From contig JAFIEN010000001.1 in assembly GCA_020832515.1 (NCBI GenBank), forward strand, positions 1 to 42,896: 42,896 bases of DNA, in the 5' to 3' direction. Positions within the stretch are counted from its first letter, which is position 1. Each line of letters opens with the position of its first letter. The stretch is from Rubellimicrobium sp. GTDB taxonomy: Bacteria > Pseudomonadota > Alphaproteobacteria > Rhodobacterales > Rhodobacteraceae. The notes under the pieces are model-generated. The model searched no databases. It was not told the origin of the DNA and saw only the letters and a list, made by a program, of their open reading frames with translations. Shown here piece after piece: positions 24,709-32,708 of this stretch. The translations under genes were made by a program, and so were the position numbers.

Positions 24709-26225
24709 GATGCGGGGTTCCTCTGCGATCCAAGCCAGATTTCCAGACCGCCATCGGGATTGGGGACATAGTCGAAGCGGCCGTCCTCGAGATCGACGCC
24801 GACGAAAGGACCGAAGGGATTGACGAACCCGGCGGCCAGCCCGTGCGGCGTCGATTGCAGGGTCCTTATGCCATAATTGTAGGGGTTACCGAAACCTTGC
24901 GTGGTGACGGGCAGCCAGTTTTCGCCGTCGCGGCTGCGATAAAGCTCGGCCCCGCCGCGCATCGCGATGAAGTTTTCCATCCCGTAGCGGTCGAGCATGG
25001 CGGTGAAGGGCTGCGGCCAGTTGGTCCGTTCCGAATAGCGCAGCATCACCGACCAGTCGAAAGTGCCAAGGTAGAGCCAGCCGTCATGGCTTTCCATCTG
25101 CCAGAAATAGCCGTTGAACGGATTGTCGAAACCCGGCGCAAAGCCCGAAAGCGGGATCTTCATGCCCTCGGGCGTGTCGCGCTGGTAGCCCACGACCAGA
25201 TCCCACTGACCGTCCTCGTAGATGCGGATCAGTTCGGGGCCGGCGGGGCCGATCCTGTTCACCCGGTCGATCCCGCCGTGCTGGATGCCGCTGCCCGCAT
25301 AGAGCAGGCCGTCATGGGCGGCGAAGGAGGCGACCCCCTGATTGAGCGCGCCCCGCCATGCGCCGTTCACGATCACGCGCTCCCAGTCGTAGGGGGCGCG
25401 GCCCTCGGCCCGGGTGCGCCAGATCTGGTAGCCCCGCCCGTTGCCGGTGCCCGCGTAAAGATAGTCACCGCAGGCCGCCATCTCGAAGACGCCCAGATTC
25501 TCGCGATCGCCGAAGCCGGGCGTGTTGACCAGTTCCCAGTTGCCGCCCGCGGGATCGCTTGACGCATAGACGATGGCATTGCCCGCGATATTGGGATTGC
25601 CGCCCGCCGTGCCGGTGGGGCTGGTGAAGAGGCGGCCCTTGAAGGGCACCAGAAGCCGCAGGGTGATGATCGACCGGTCGAAACCGGCAGGCATCGGGAT
25701 CTCGTCGAACTGCGCCCCGTCGGCCGAGCGCAGGATGCGTGTCCCCTGCCCGCGCGCGGGCGTGTAGGTGGCGACGTAAAGGTGGTCATGGGCGTCCGAG
25801 GCGCCCTTGAAGACGCACATCCCCCGATAGCCCAGTTCGCGCGGAAGCTGTTCGCCCTCGGCATCGATCCAGGGCGCCTGCGACACGAGGCTCCAGCCCG
25901 CGTTTTCCACCCCCGGCCGGGCGGCGGCCGGATCGAAGCTCCAGATCTGGGCGCGCATGTCCTGGTCATAGACGCGCTCGGGGCATTTGACGGGCCAGCG
26001 GTCCAGCTTCTTGGCGATCTTCGAAACCTTGAACAGGCACAGGTTGCTGCGTGTCGTGCCCACGATCAGCCGGTCGCGGAACCAGCCCATGGAATGGGGA
26101 TAGGAATTGAGCGCATCGCCGAAACCGTTCCGCGCGATCCGGGTGAAATCGCGCGGCCCAAGGCCCCGGCCCGGCCCCCAGCGCCCGTCCTGGCCGGCCG
26201 CCCCGACGCGGAACTGCCCGGTCAT
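24705..26225 (-). CDS. Unknown 506-aa protein, beta-propeller-like repeat architecture
   Basis: It contains repeated Gly/Trp/Tyr-rich strands (YLYAGTGNGRGYQIWR, LLYAGSGIQHGG, WLYLGTFDW, ELYRSRDGENW). I see no signal peptide. Its C-terminal part is paralogous to ORF 20592-21701. Confidence 0.6.
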   Translation of the reverse strand: MTGQFRVGAAGQDGRWGPGRGLGPRDFTRIARNGFGDALNSYPHSMGWFRDRLIVGTTRSNLCLFKVSKIAKKLDRWPVKCPERVYDQDMRAQIWSFDPAAARPGVENAGWSLVSQAPWIDAEGEQLPRELGYRGMCVFKGASDAHDHLYVATYTPARGQGTRILRSADGAQFDEIPMPAGFDRSIITLRLLVPFKGRLFTSPTGTAGGNPNIAGNAIVYASSDPAGGNWELVNTPGFGDRENLGVFEMAACGDYLYAGTGNGRGYQIWRTRAEGRAPYDWERVIVNGAWRGALNQGVASFAAHDGLLYAGSGIQHGGIDRVNRIGPAGPELIRIYEDGQWDLVVGYQRDTPEGMKIPLSGFAPGFDNPFNGYFWQMESHDGWLYLGTFDWSVMLRYSERTNWPQPFTAMLDRYGMENFIAMRGGAELYRSRDGENWLPVTTQGFGNPYNYGIRTLQSTPHGLAAGFVNPFGPFVGVDLEDGRFDYVPNPDGGLEIWLGSQRNPAS

Positions 26226-26244
26226 GCGGGCAAGGTCCCCGGCG

Positions 26245-26583
26245 TCACAGCAGGTCTTCCTGTTGCAGGGGCTGGGCAGGCTTCAGCCGGGCAAGTTCCT
26301 CCAGCACCTCCTCGAGCATGATCTCGAGCACATCGGCCCAGCGTTCGAGCTTGAGCCGGTATTGCTGGTCGTCCTCGCTTTCGGCCGGAAGCGCGGTGCC
26401 GTCGGCGGCGAACTGGCGGCGCGTCTCCTCATAGACCTCGCGGGCGAGATAGGCGAGTTTCGGATCGGCGAGGATGCGGAAGTAGTTCAGGCCGCGCGGC
26501 TCTCCTCCCTCCATCTCGAGGCCGAATTCGGCGCCCAGGGCCTCGCGGTGGTCGGGCGCGCGCAGCGGATGCAGGACAGCCAT
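26245..26583 (-). CDS. Small acidic hypothetical protein (112 aa)
   Basis: ATG 26583 lies 2 nt after the ST3 stop; the track lists a TTG start at 26589. The sequence looks helical and Glu/Leu-rich (WADVLEIMLEEVLEELARL). I recognise no family. Confidence 0.5.
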   Translation of the reverse strand: MAVLHPLRAPDHREALGAEFGLEMEGGEPRGLNYFRILADPKLAYLAREVYEETRRQFAADGTALPAESEDDQQYRLKLERWADVLEIMLEEVLEELARLKPAQPLQQEDLL

Positions 26584-26585
26584 CG

Positions 26586-27695
26586 TCAATACCCCAAGGC
26601 CCGGGCCAGATCCTGGACCCGGGGGTGCAGCGCCTCGCCATCCTTGCGCCAGGGCAGCGGCCGGTCGAGCGGCGGGATCGGGATGGGGTCCTCGCGCAGT
26701 TCGGGCGAGTTGAGGAAGTTCACGTCATTGCCCAGCGGCGCATTGGCCGGACCCATGCAGGAATAGGGCGACCGTTCGGGGTGGCGCATCTCGTCGATCG
26801 CCTCGGGCGCGTCGGAGATGCCCAGCCAGCGGCAGAGTTCCGGCAGATGGGTCTCCAGATCGCCGAGGAACGCCTCGCCGCGCAGCGTCACGAACTGCTC
26901 GTCGGGCAGGGTGTCGAGGAAGCGCAGGATCTGCACCTGCGCATTGTACCAGGCGATCTGCGGCTCGAGGGCCGCGACCTCGCCGCGCAGGTCGATGGAA
27001 TTGAGCGCCATCAGCACGCCGATCCCGCCCTTGGTCTTGAAGACCGATTGCCCCTGCGGGATCGGGTGGCGCACCAGATGGATGAACTTCGCCCCCGGAA
27101 AGGTCTCGAGCATCCGGTCGAGATAGGCGCGCTGGCGCAGCACGCCGGGGCTTTTCTCGACGATGCGGCGGGGGGCGACGGCCTCGGCCAGTTCGGTGAA
27201 GACCTCGCCCGAGGTCATGAGTTCGCGGTTCTTGAGCCAGCGTTCGGCCATGCGGATCGCCTCGGGCGTCTGCTCGCCGGCATGGATCTGGGCCACCGCC
27301 CGCAGAAGGCCGTGGCGCATCGACGCCCAGAAGGGCGATTTCTTGGTGCCGGCCGGCGTCAGCCCGGTGTTGAACTCCTCGATCAGGTCGCACTGGAACA
27401 GGTTCAGCTCGGGCATCCCGTAAAGTTCGGGATGCTGGCCGATCATCGCCGCCACAAGCGACGAGAAGGACCGCGGCGCGGCCAGGATGAAGACCGGATC
27501 GGCATGCAGCGGGGCGCGGTCGGGAACGGGGGCGGGCCGCAGCGCGGGTTCGGGCGCGGGAAAGGGGCCGGGGGCCTGATCGGCCTCGACCTTGATCTCG
27601 GTCTTGGGCCCGGTCTTGGTCCTGGGCTTGGCCTTTGCCTTCGGCTTGGCCTTGGTCTTGGTCTTGCGCCCGGAGGGCGGGGTCGTGTCGGTCAT
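26586..27695 (-). CDS. Sulfotransferase-family protein ST3 with a Lys/Ala/Pro/Thr-rich N-terminal extension
   Basis: The start is taken at ATG 27695, which overlaps the upstream stop as ATGA (27692-27695); the track ORF extends to 27782. The N-terminus is MTDTTPPSGRKTKTKAKPKAKAKPRTKTGPKTEIK. Catalytic-domain motifs are PVFILAAPRSFSSLV, KFIHLVRHP and TLRGEAFLGDLETHLPELCRWLGI. Confidence 0.7.
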   Translation of the reverse strand: MTDTTPPSGRKTKTKAKPKAKAKPRTKTGPKTEIKVEADQAPGPFPAPEPALRPAPVPDRAPLHADPVFILAAPRSFSSLVAAMIGQHPELYGMPELNLFQCDLIEEFNTGLTPAGTKKSPFWASMRHGLLRAVAQIHAGEQTPEAIRMAERWLKNRELMTSGEVFTELAEAVAPRRIVEKSPGVLRQRAYLDRMLETFPGAKFIHLVRHPIPQGQSVFKTKGGIGVLMALNSIDLRGEVAALEPQIAWYNAQVQILRFLDTLPDEQFVTLRGEAFLGDLETHLPELCRWLGISDAPEAIDEMRHPERSPYSCMGPANAPLGNDVNFLNSPELREDPIPIPPLDRPLPWRKDGEALHPRVQDLARALGY

Positions 27696-28582
27696 GGCTT
27701 CACCCCTTCGAGGAAGGGCACTTCGAAGACCTTCTCGTGCAGGATCGGCCCGTGGCCGAAGTAATCGCCCTCGCCGAAACATTCGCCATGGTCCGAGGCG
27801 ATGATGAAATGCGTGCCCCTGGGCGCCTTCGCGATCAGGGCGTCCAGCACGCGGTCGACATATTCGACGCAGCGGATCTGCTGTTCATGCAGCGCCGTCA
27901 TCGCCTCCTGGGTGAAGAACTCGGGCTCCTCCTCCCCGGCATCCACGGCACTCTCACCCTGCCGCGCGATGGCCCCGTCCATGCCCTTGACCACCCCGTG
28001 CACGCCCGAGATCACCGGCAGATCCCCGTCCTTGAGCATGTAGGGATAATGCGTCTCGCCCAGATTGAGGAAGTGGTAGCAGGGCTGGTCGGCGGAAAAG
28101 GCGATCTCGTCCACCATGCCCGCGAAATCGTTGTGATCCTTCATCAGCCGGTAGGTGTCGAAGAAGCGCGAAAACGCGGTCAGCGGATTCAGGACCGGCA
28201 TCGAGACCCGCGCCTCGGTCCGGTAGCCGCGCTTCTGCAGCACCTTGGCAAGGCTCAGTTCGGGCACGAAGGTCTTGAAGGACAGATCCGGCATGTCGAG
28301 CCGGTCCACCCACCGGGCATATTCCTTCTTGTAGACCTCGGAGGCCAGGACCCGCGTCGGGCTTTTATGCGCGACCTGCCCCATGAAGATCGAATGATGC
28401 GAGGGCGCCGTCCAGGACGCATAGCTGTAGCGCTGCTCTGCGGTGGCGATGCGGTCCATGTTGGGATGGCGCGCGCGGGCGTAGCTGTCGAAGCGGCAGC
28501 TGTCCATGATGATATAGACAAGATCACGCGGCATCAGGAATTCCGGGGCTTCGGCAGGGCATGATCGGGGCGGGAAAGGCAC
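27692..28582 (-). CDS. Small alkaline-phosphatase-superfamily (sulfatase/phosphotransferase-like) metalloenzyme
   Basis: 296 aa from GTG 28582; ATG 28534 is an alternative start. Motifs: IIMDSCRFDS (metal Asp), YASWTAPSHHSIFMG (candidate Ser/Thr nucleophile region) and IIASDHGECFGE (the DHG motif of the AP/sulfatase fold). Confidence 0.65.
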   Translation of the reverse strand: MPFPPRSCPAEAPEFLMPRDLVYIIMDSCRFDSYARARHPNMDRIATAEQRYSYASWTAPSHHSIFMGQVAHKSPTRVLASEVYKKEYARWVDRLDMPDLSFKTFVPELSLAKVLQKRGYRTEARVSMPVLNPLTAFSRFFDTYRLMKDHNDFAGMVDEIAFSADQPCYHFLNLGETHYPYMLKDGDLPVISGVHGVVKGMDGAIARQGESAVDAGEEEPEFFTQEAMTALHEQQIRCVEYVDRVLDALIAKAPRGTHFIIASDHGECFGEGDYFGHGPILHEKVFEVPFLEGVKP

Positions 28583-28627
28583 GGCAGGACAGGCGGCACC
28601 CGGGAAAGCACCTCGGGCAACCGGTCC

Positions 28628-29713
28628 TCAGTCCCGCCCTTTTTCTGCACGGCGGCTGCGGATCTCGGTGGCCAGCGCCTTGCGGGTATGCGCGCGCCAG
28701 AGCCGGGCGCCCTCCTGGGGTGTTGCGGCGCGGGCGGCCTCGGCCTCGGGCAGGGGATCGAGGCGGCCAAGGCGGCAGGCCTCGCGGTAATGGGTGATCG
28801 CGGCCTCGGGATCGTCGGATTTCAGCGCGATATCGCCCTCGAGCTTGGCCACGACGGGGCGCAGCACGGCCTGATCGCCCAGTTCCCCCATGATCTTGCG
28901 GGCCCGCTCGAATTCCCCCGCCCGGATCAGCGCGGTGATGTAGCGCAGCTTGTTGGCCGGGGTCGTCCGTCCCTCGGCCTCCATCCGCGCATATTCGGCA
29001 TCGGCATGATCGGTCTTGCCCGCCATTGCGCCCACCAGCGCAAGACGGCGCGCGCGGAAGCTGTCGTCGGGATGGGCCGCGGCATCGGCCCTGAGGAAAT
29101 CAAGCGCCTCGTCACTGCGGTCCTCGCGCTGCATCAGGCGCACATAGGCGCGCAGCACCCGGCGGTTCTCGGGGTTGGCCGCGATGATCCCCTTGAGTTC
29201 ATGGATGGCAAGATCGGTGCGCCCCTGCCGCATCTGGATCCGCGCGATCAGTTCGCGCGCGCGCTCGATCCCGGGATCGAGGTCGAGCACCTTTTCGCAC
29301 AAGGCCAGCGCATCCTCGTAGCTTTCATCGGCCATCTTGACGGCGGCGGCCCCCAGATGCGCGCGGGCCGAGCCGGAATCCAGCCGGATGGCGGCGGCAA
29401 AGGCCTCGGCCGCGGGGGCGGTGTCGCCCTTGCGGATGTTGATCAGGCCGGTGGCGATCAGCGGATCGGCTTCGAGCGGGGCCAGGCTGCGGGCCTTGGC
29501 GGCGGCGCGCAGGGCATCGTCGAACTTGCGCTGCTTGGCCAGAACCCGGGCAAGCGCCAGAAAGGCCTGCGGCGTCTGCGGCCCCTGACGCAGGTTCTCG
29601 ACAAGGGCGCGTTCGGCGGCCGGCAGGCCCTGGGTGCGTTCGATCTGCCGCACCTCGGCCAGCTTGCCACGCTGATTTGCGGCCGATCCGTCGGCGGGGG
29701 GGGAAACAGCCAC
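28628..29713 (-). CDS. Tetratricopeptide-repeat protein, first gene of the minus operon
   Basis: 361 aa. The GTG start at 29713 has GGAG 7 nt upstream. It contains repeated about-34-aa Ala/Leu-rich helical pairs (e.g. AFLALARVLAKQRKFDDALRAAAKARSLAP; YEDALALCEKVLDLDPG). Confidence 0.7.
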   Translation of the reverse strand: MAVSPPADGSAANQRGKLAEVRQIERTQGLPAAERALVENLRQGPQTPQAFLALARVLAKQRKFDDALRAAAKARSLAPLEADPLIATGLINIRKGDTAPAAEAFAAAIRLDSGSARAHLGAAAVKMADESYEDALALCEKVLDLDPGIERARELIARIQMRQGRTDLAIHELKGIIAANPENRRVLRAYVRLMQREDRSDEALDFLRADAAAHPDDSFRARRLALVGAMAGKTDHADAEYARMEAEGRTTPANKLRYITALIRAGEFERARKIMGELGDQAVLRPVVAKLEGDIALKSDDPEAAITHYREACRLGRLDPLPEAEAARAATPQEGARLWRAHTRKALATEIRSRRAEKGRD

Positions 29714-29751
29714 TGAATACTCCGTATTCCAAATGGGTGACCTGTCCCGAA

Positions 29752-29767
29752 AGGGCAGGGCCCTGCC
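29752..29767 (-). terminator. GC-rich 16-bp perfect palindrome, GGGCAGGGCCCTGCCC, downstream of rfbA; candidate terminator or attenuator
   Basis: The palindrome lies about 105 nt after the rfbA stop. On the minus strand it is followed only by TTTCGGG, a short T run. It sits between the rfb genes and the TPR gene. Confidence 0.35.
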
Positions 29768-29872
29768 CGGTCATGAAGACCAGGCGGACATGATCGTCGA
29801 TCGCGCGCGATGCTACAGGTTCTGGAACCCGGGTCAAGGCAAGCCCCGCGTCAGGACCGGCCCGGGCATCCC

Positions 29873-30781
29873 TCAGCCCCCCTCCCGCAGAAGGCCCTTG
29901 AGGTAATCGCCATAGCCGTTCTTGGCAAAGCGCGCGGCCGTTTCCAAAAGGCCCTCGCGACTGATCCAGCCCTGCTGATAGGCGATCTCGTCGGGGCTGC
30001 CGGTCTGCAGGCCCTGCCGGCTTTCCAGCGTGCGCACGAAATTGCCCGCGTCCAGCAGACTCGCATGCGTGCCGGTATCCAGCCAGGCATAGCCGCGCCC
30101 CATGCGTTTGACGCGGAGCAAGCCCTCGGCGAGGTAGCTTTGCAGAAGCGTCGTGATTTCCAGCTCGCCCCGGTCGGAGGGGCGCACCTCGGCGGCACGG
30201 TCGGGGGCGGTGCCGTCAAGGAAATAGAGGCCGGTGACGGCATAGCTCGAAGGCGGGACGGTGGGCTTCTCGATGATCTCGCGGACCCGGTCGGCGCTGT
30301 CGAAGGCCACCACGCCATAGCGTTCGGGATCGGCCACGTGATAGGCGAAGACGGTGCCGCCGGTGGTCTCGGCATCGGCCTCGCGCAGAAGATCGGGCAG
30401 GCGGTGGCCGAAGAAGATGTTGTCGCCCAGCACCATGGCCGAAGGCGCGCCATCAAGGAAATCGCGCGTCAGAAGATAGGCCTGGGCCAGCCCCTCGGGC
30501 CGGGGCTGGACGATATAGGTCAGCCGGATGCCCCATTGCGCCCCGTCGCCCAGCGTGCGGATGAACTGGGCCTGATCCTCGGGCGTGGTGATGATGGCGA
30601 TGTCGCGGATGCCGCCCAGCATGAGCGCGCTCAGCGGATAATAGATCATCGGCTTGTCATAGACCGGCAGAAGCTGTTTCGACACGCCCAGCGTGATCGG
30701 ATAAAGCCGCGTGCCGGAACCGCCGGCAAGGATGATGCCTTTTCGGCCAGTTGCCGTCGCTGTCGCTGTCGCTGTCGTCAT
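29873..30781 (-). CDS. rfbA: Glucose-1-phosphate thymidylyltransferase
   Basis: The motif GIILAGGSGTRLYPITLGVSKQLLPVYDKPMIYYPLS is diagnostic. The start overlaps the rfbD stop as ATGA. Confidence 0.93.
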   Translation of the reverse strand: MTTATATATATGRKGIILAGGSGTRLYPITLGVSKQLLPVYDKPMIYYPLSALMLGGIRDIAIITTPEDQAQFIRTLGDGAQWGIRLTYIVQPRPEGLAQAYLLTRDFLDGAPSAMVLGDNIFFGHRLPDLLREADAETTGGTVFAYHVADPERYGVVAFDSADRVREIIEKPTVPPSSYAVTGLYFLDGTAPDRAAEVRPSDRGELEITTLLQSYLAEGLLRVKRMGRGYAWLDTGTHASLLDAGNFVRTLESRQGLQTGSPDEIAYQQGWISREGLLETAARFAKNGYGDYLKGLLREGG

Positions 30782-31632
30782 GGGGTCACCTTCAGGTCGC
30801 GCAGGACAGCGCAGAGCCCCGCCTGCCAGTCGGGGCGGGGGATGGCGAAGTCGCGCAGAAGTGCGGAACAGTCCAGCCGGGAATTGGCGGGCCGCGCGGC
30901 GGGGGTGGGATAGGCGCTGGTCGGGATCTCCTCGACCTCTGCCGGAAGGTTCGCCGCCGTCATGATGGCGCGGGCGAAACCGGCCCAGCTTGTATCGGGG
31001 GTTCCGCTGAAATGATGGGTGCCGGACAACTCCGGCGCCTCCGTCAGGCGGCGGGCGAGGATCAGGCAGGCGTGCGCGATCTCGGCGGCAGGCGTGGGGC
31101 CGCCGATCTGATCGGCCACCACGCGCAAGACGGGGCGTTCCGCCCCCAGCCGCAGCATGGTCTTCACGAAATTCGCGCCATGGGCGGAAAACACCCAGGA
31201 GGTGCGCAGGATCACATGCGGGCCGCCCGCGGCGCGCACCGCCTTTTCGCCGGCAAGCTTGGTGCGGCCATAGGCCCCCAGCGGGCCGGTCGGAGCGTCG
31301 GGGGCCCAGGGTGCCGTGCCAGAGCCGTCGAAGACGTAATCGGTCGAGATATGGACGAAGGGGATGCCCAGATCGGCACAGGCGCGGGCCATGGCGCCGG
31401 GGGCCTTGGCGTTGACGACCGCTGCCTGCGCCTCCTCCGCCTCGGCGCGGTCGACGGCCGTGTAGGCGGCGGCATTGATGACCATCGCGGGCGCATGGGC
31501 ATGGATGGCTGCGGCACAGGCGGCGGGATCGGTCAGGTCCGCCCGATCGCGCCCCAGCGCCGTCACCGGGGCCTGCCGCTGCAATTCCTGCGCGACCTGC
31601 CCGGTCCGGCCGAAGACGAGGATGCCGCTCAC
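30778..31632 (-). CDS. rfbD: dTDP-4-dehydrorhamnose reductase
   Basis: The start is taken at GTG 31632, which overlaps the rfbB stop as GTGA; the track ORF extends to 31731. The N-terminus [14 protein letters not shown] is a Rossmann motif. Other matches are [14 protein letters not shown] and STDYVFDG. Confidence 0.88.
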   Translation of the reverse strand: MSGILVFGRTGQVAQELQRQAPVTALGRDRADLTDPAACAAAIHAHAPAMVINAAAYTAVDRAEAEEAQAAVVNAKAPGAMARACADLGIPFVHISTDYVFDGSGTAPWAPDAPTGPLGAYGRTKLAGEKAVRAAGGPHVILRTSWVFSAHGANFVKTMLRLGAERPVLRVVADQIGGPTPAAEIAHACLILARRLTEAPELSGTHHFSGTPDTSWAGFARAIMTAANLPAEVEEIPTSAYPTPAARPANSRLDCSALLRDFAIPRPDWQAGLCAVLRDLKVTP

Positions 31633-32690
31633 CCGCCCTGCCCCTCTGTCACGGGCGCAACACCCAGCCGCTGCCCCACGCCGCCCCTGCCCTGCAGCGC
31701 GCGCCACCAGCCCTCGTTGTCGAGATACCATTGCACCGTCCGCTCAAGCCCCTCGTCCAGCGTGACCGAGGGCCGCCAGCCCAGTTCGCTGCGGATCCGG
31801 GTCGGGTCGATCGCATAGCGGGCGTCATGGCCGGGACGGTCGGTCACGAAACTGATCTGATCGGCATAAGGGTGGTTCGCCGGGCGCAGCCGGTCGAGGA
31901 TGGCGCAGAGCTTGCGGACAAGGTCGATGTTTCGCGCCTCGTTCTCGCCGCCGATGGTGTAGCTGCGGTGGTTGGCGCCCTTTTCCAGCACGCACAGAAG
32001 CGCATCGGCGTGATCCTCGACATACAGCCAGTCGCGCACATTCTCGCCCTTGCCATAGACCGGGATCGGCTTGCCCGACAGCGCGTTCAGGATCACCACG
32101 GGGATCAGCTTCTCGGGGAAATGGAAGGGGCCGTAGTTGTTCGAGCAATTGGTCAGGACATAAGGCAGCCCGTAGGTCTCGCCCCAGGCGCGCACCAGAT
32201 GGTCGGAGGCGGCTTTCGAGGCGGAATAGGGGCTGCGGGGATCATAGGGCGTGGTCTCGGTGAACATGCCGGTCGGCCCGAGCGAGCCGAAGACCTCGTC
32301 GGTCGAGACATGGTGGAAGCGGAAACCGGCGGGCCTGCCTTGCGCGGTCCAGTAGCTGCGGGCGGCTTCCAGAAGCGTGTAGGTGCCGGTGACATTGGTC
32401 GAGATGAAATCCCCCGGCCCGTCGATCGACCGGTCCACATGGCTTTCGGCGGCCAGATGCAGGATCGCATCGGGGCGGTGCGTGGCAAGGATCCGGTCCA
32501 TCGCGGCGCGGTCGCGGATATCGGCCTGTTCGAAGGTGTAGGCCGGGCTGTCCGCCACGCTGGCCACATTGTCCAGACAAGCGGCATAGGTCAGCGCATC
32601 GACATTGACGACCCCGTGCCCCCGCGCGACGGCCAGCCGCACGACCGCCGATCCGATGAAGCCCGCGCCGCCGGTAACCATGATCTTCAT
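31629..32690 (-). CDS. rfbB: dTDP-glucose 4,6-dehydratase
   Basis: Motifs: [27 protein letters not shown] and [16 protein letters not shown] (YxxxK). Confidence 0.93.
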   Translation of the reverse strand: MKIMVTGGAGFIGSAVVRLAVARGHGVVNVDALTYAACLDNVASVADSPAYTFEQADIRDRAAMDRILATHRPDAILHLAAESHVDRSIDGPGDFISTNVTGTYTLLEAARSYWTAQGRPAGFRFHHVSTDEVFGSLGPTGMFTETTPYDPRSPYSASKAASDHLVRAWGETYGLPYVLTNCSNNYGPFHFPEKLIPVVILNALSGKPIPVYGKGENVRDWLYVEDHADALLCVLEKGANHRSYTIGGENEARNIDLVRKLCAILDRLRPANHPYADQISFVTDRPGHDARYAIDPTRIRSELGWRPSVTLDEGLERTVQWYLDNEGWWRALQGRGGVGQRLGVAPVTEGQGG

Positions 32691-32708
32691 GAAGAAACCC
32701 TGTTACTA

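Noticed and set aside
22729-24771. 680-aa plus-strand ORF
   Set aside because: It is antisense to ST2 and the lipoprotein esterase, both of which carry clear family motifs on the minus strand.
27696-27782. 5' extension of the ST3 ORF that overlaps the upstream AP-like gene by 90 bp
   Set aside because: ATG 27695 gives an ATGA stop/start overlap identical to the other junctions in the operon. The extension (MFRRGRLLRPRADPAREG...) looks non-coding.
31633-31731. 5' extension of the rfbD ORF into rfbB
   Set aside because: GTG 31632 overlaps the rfbB stop as GTGA and places the Rossmann motif at the N-terminus, as in known RfbD proteins. The extension is Arg/Gly-rich.
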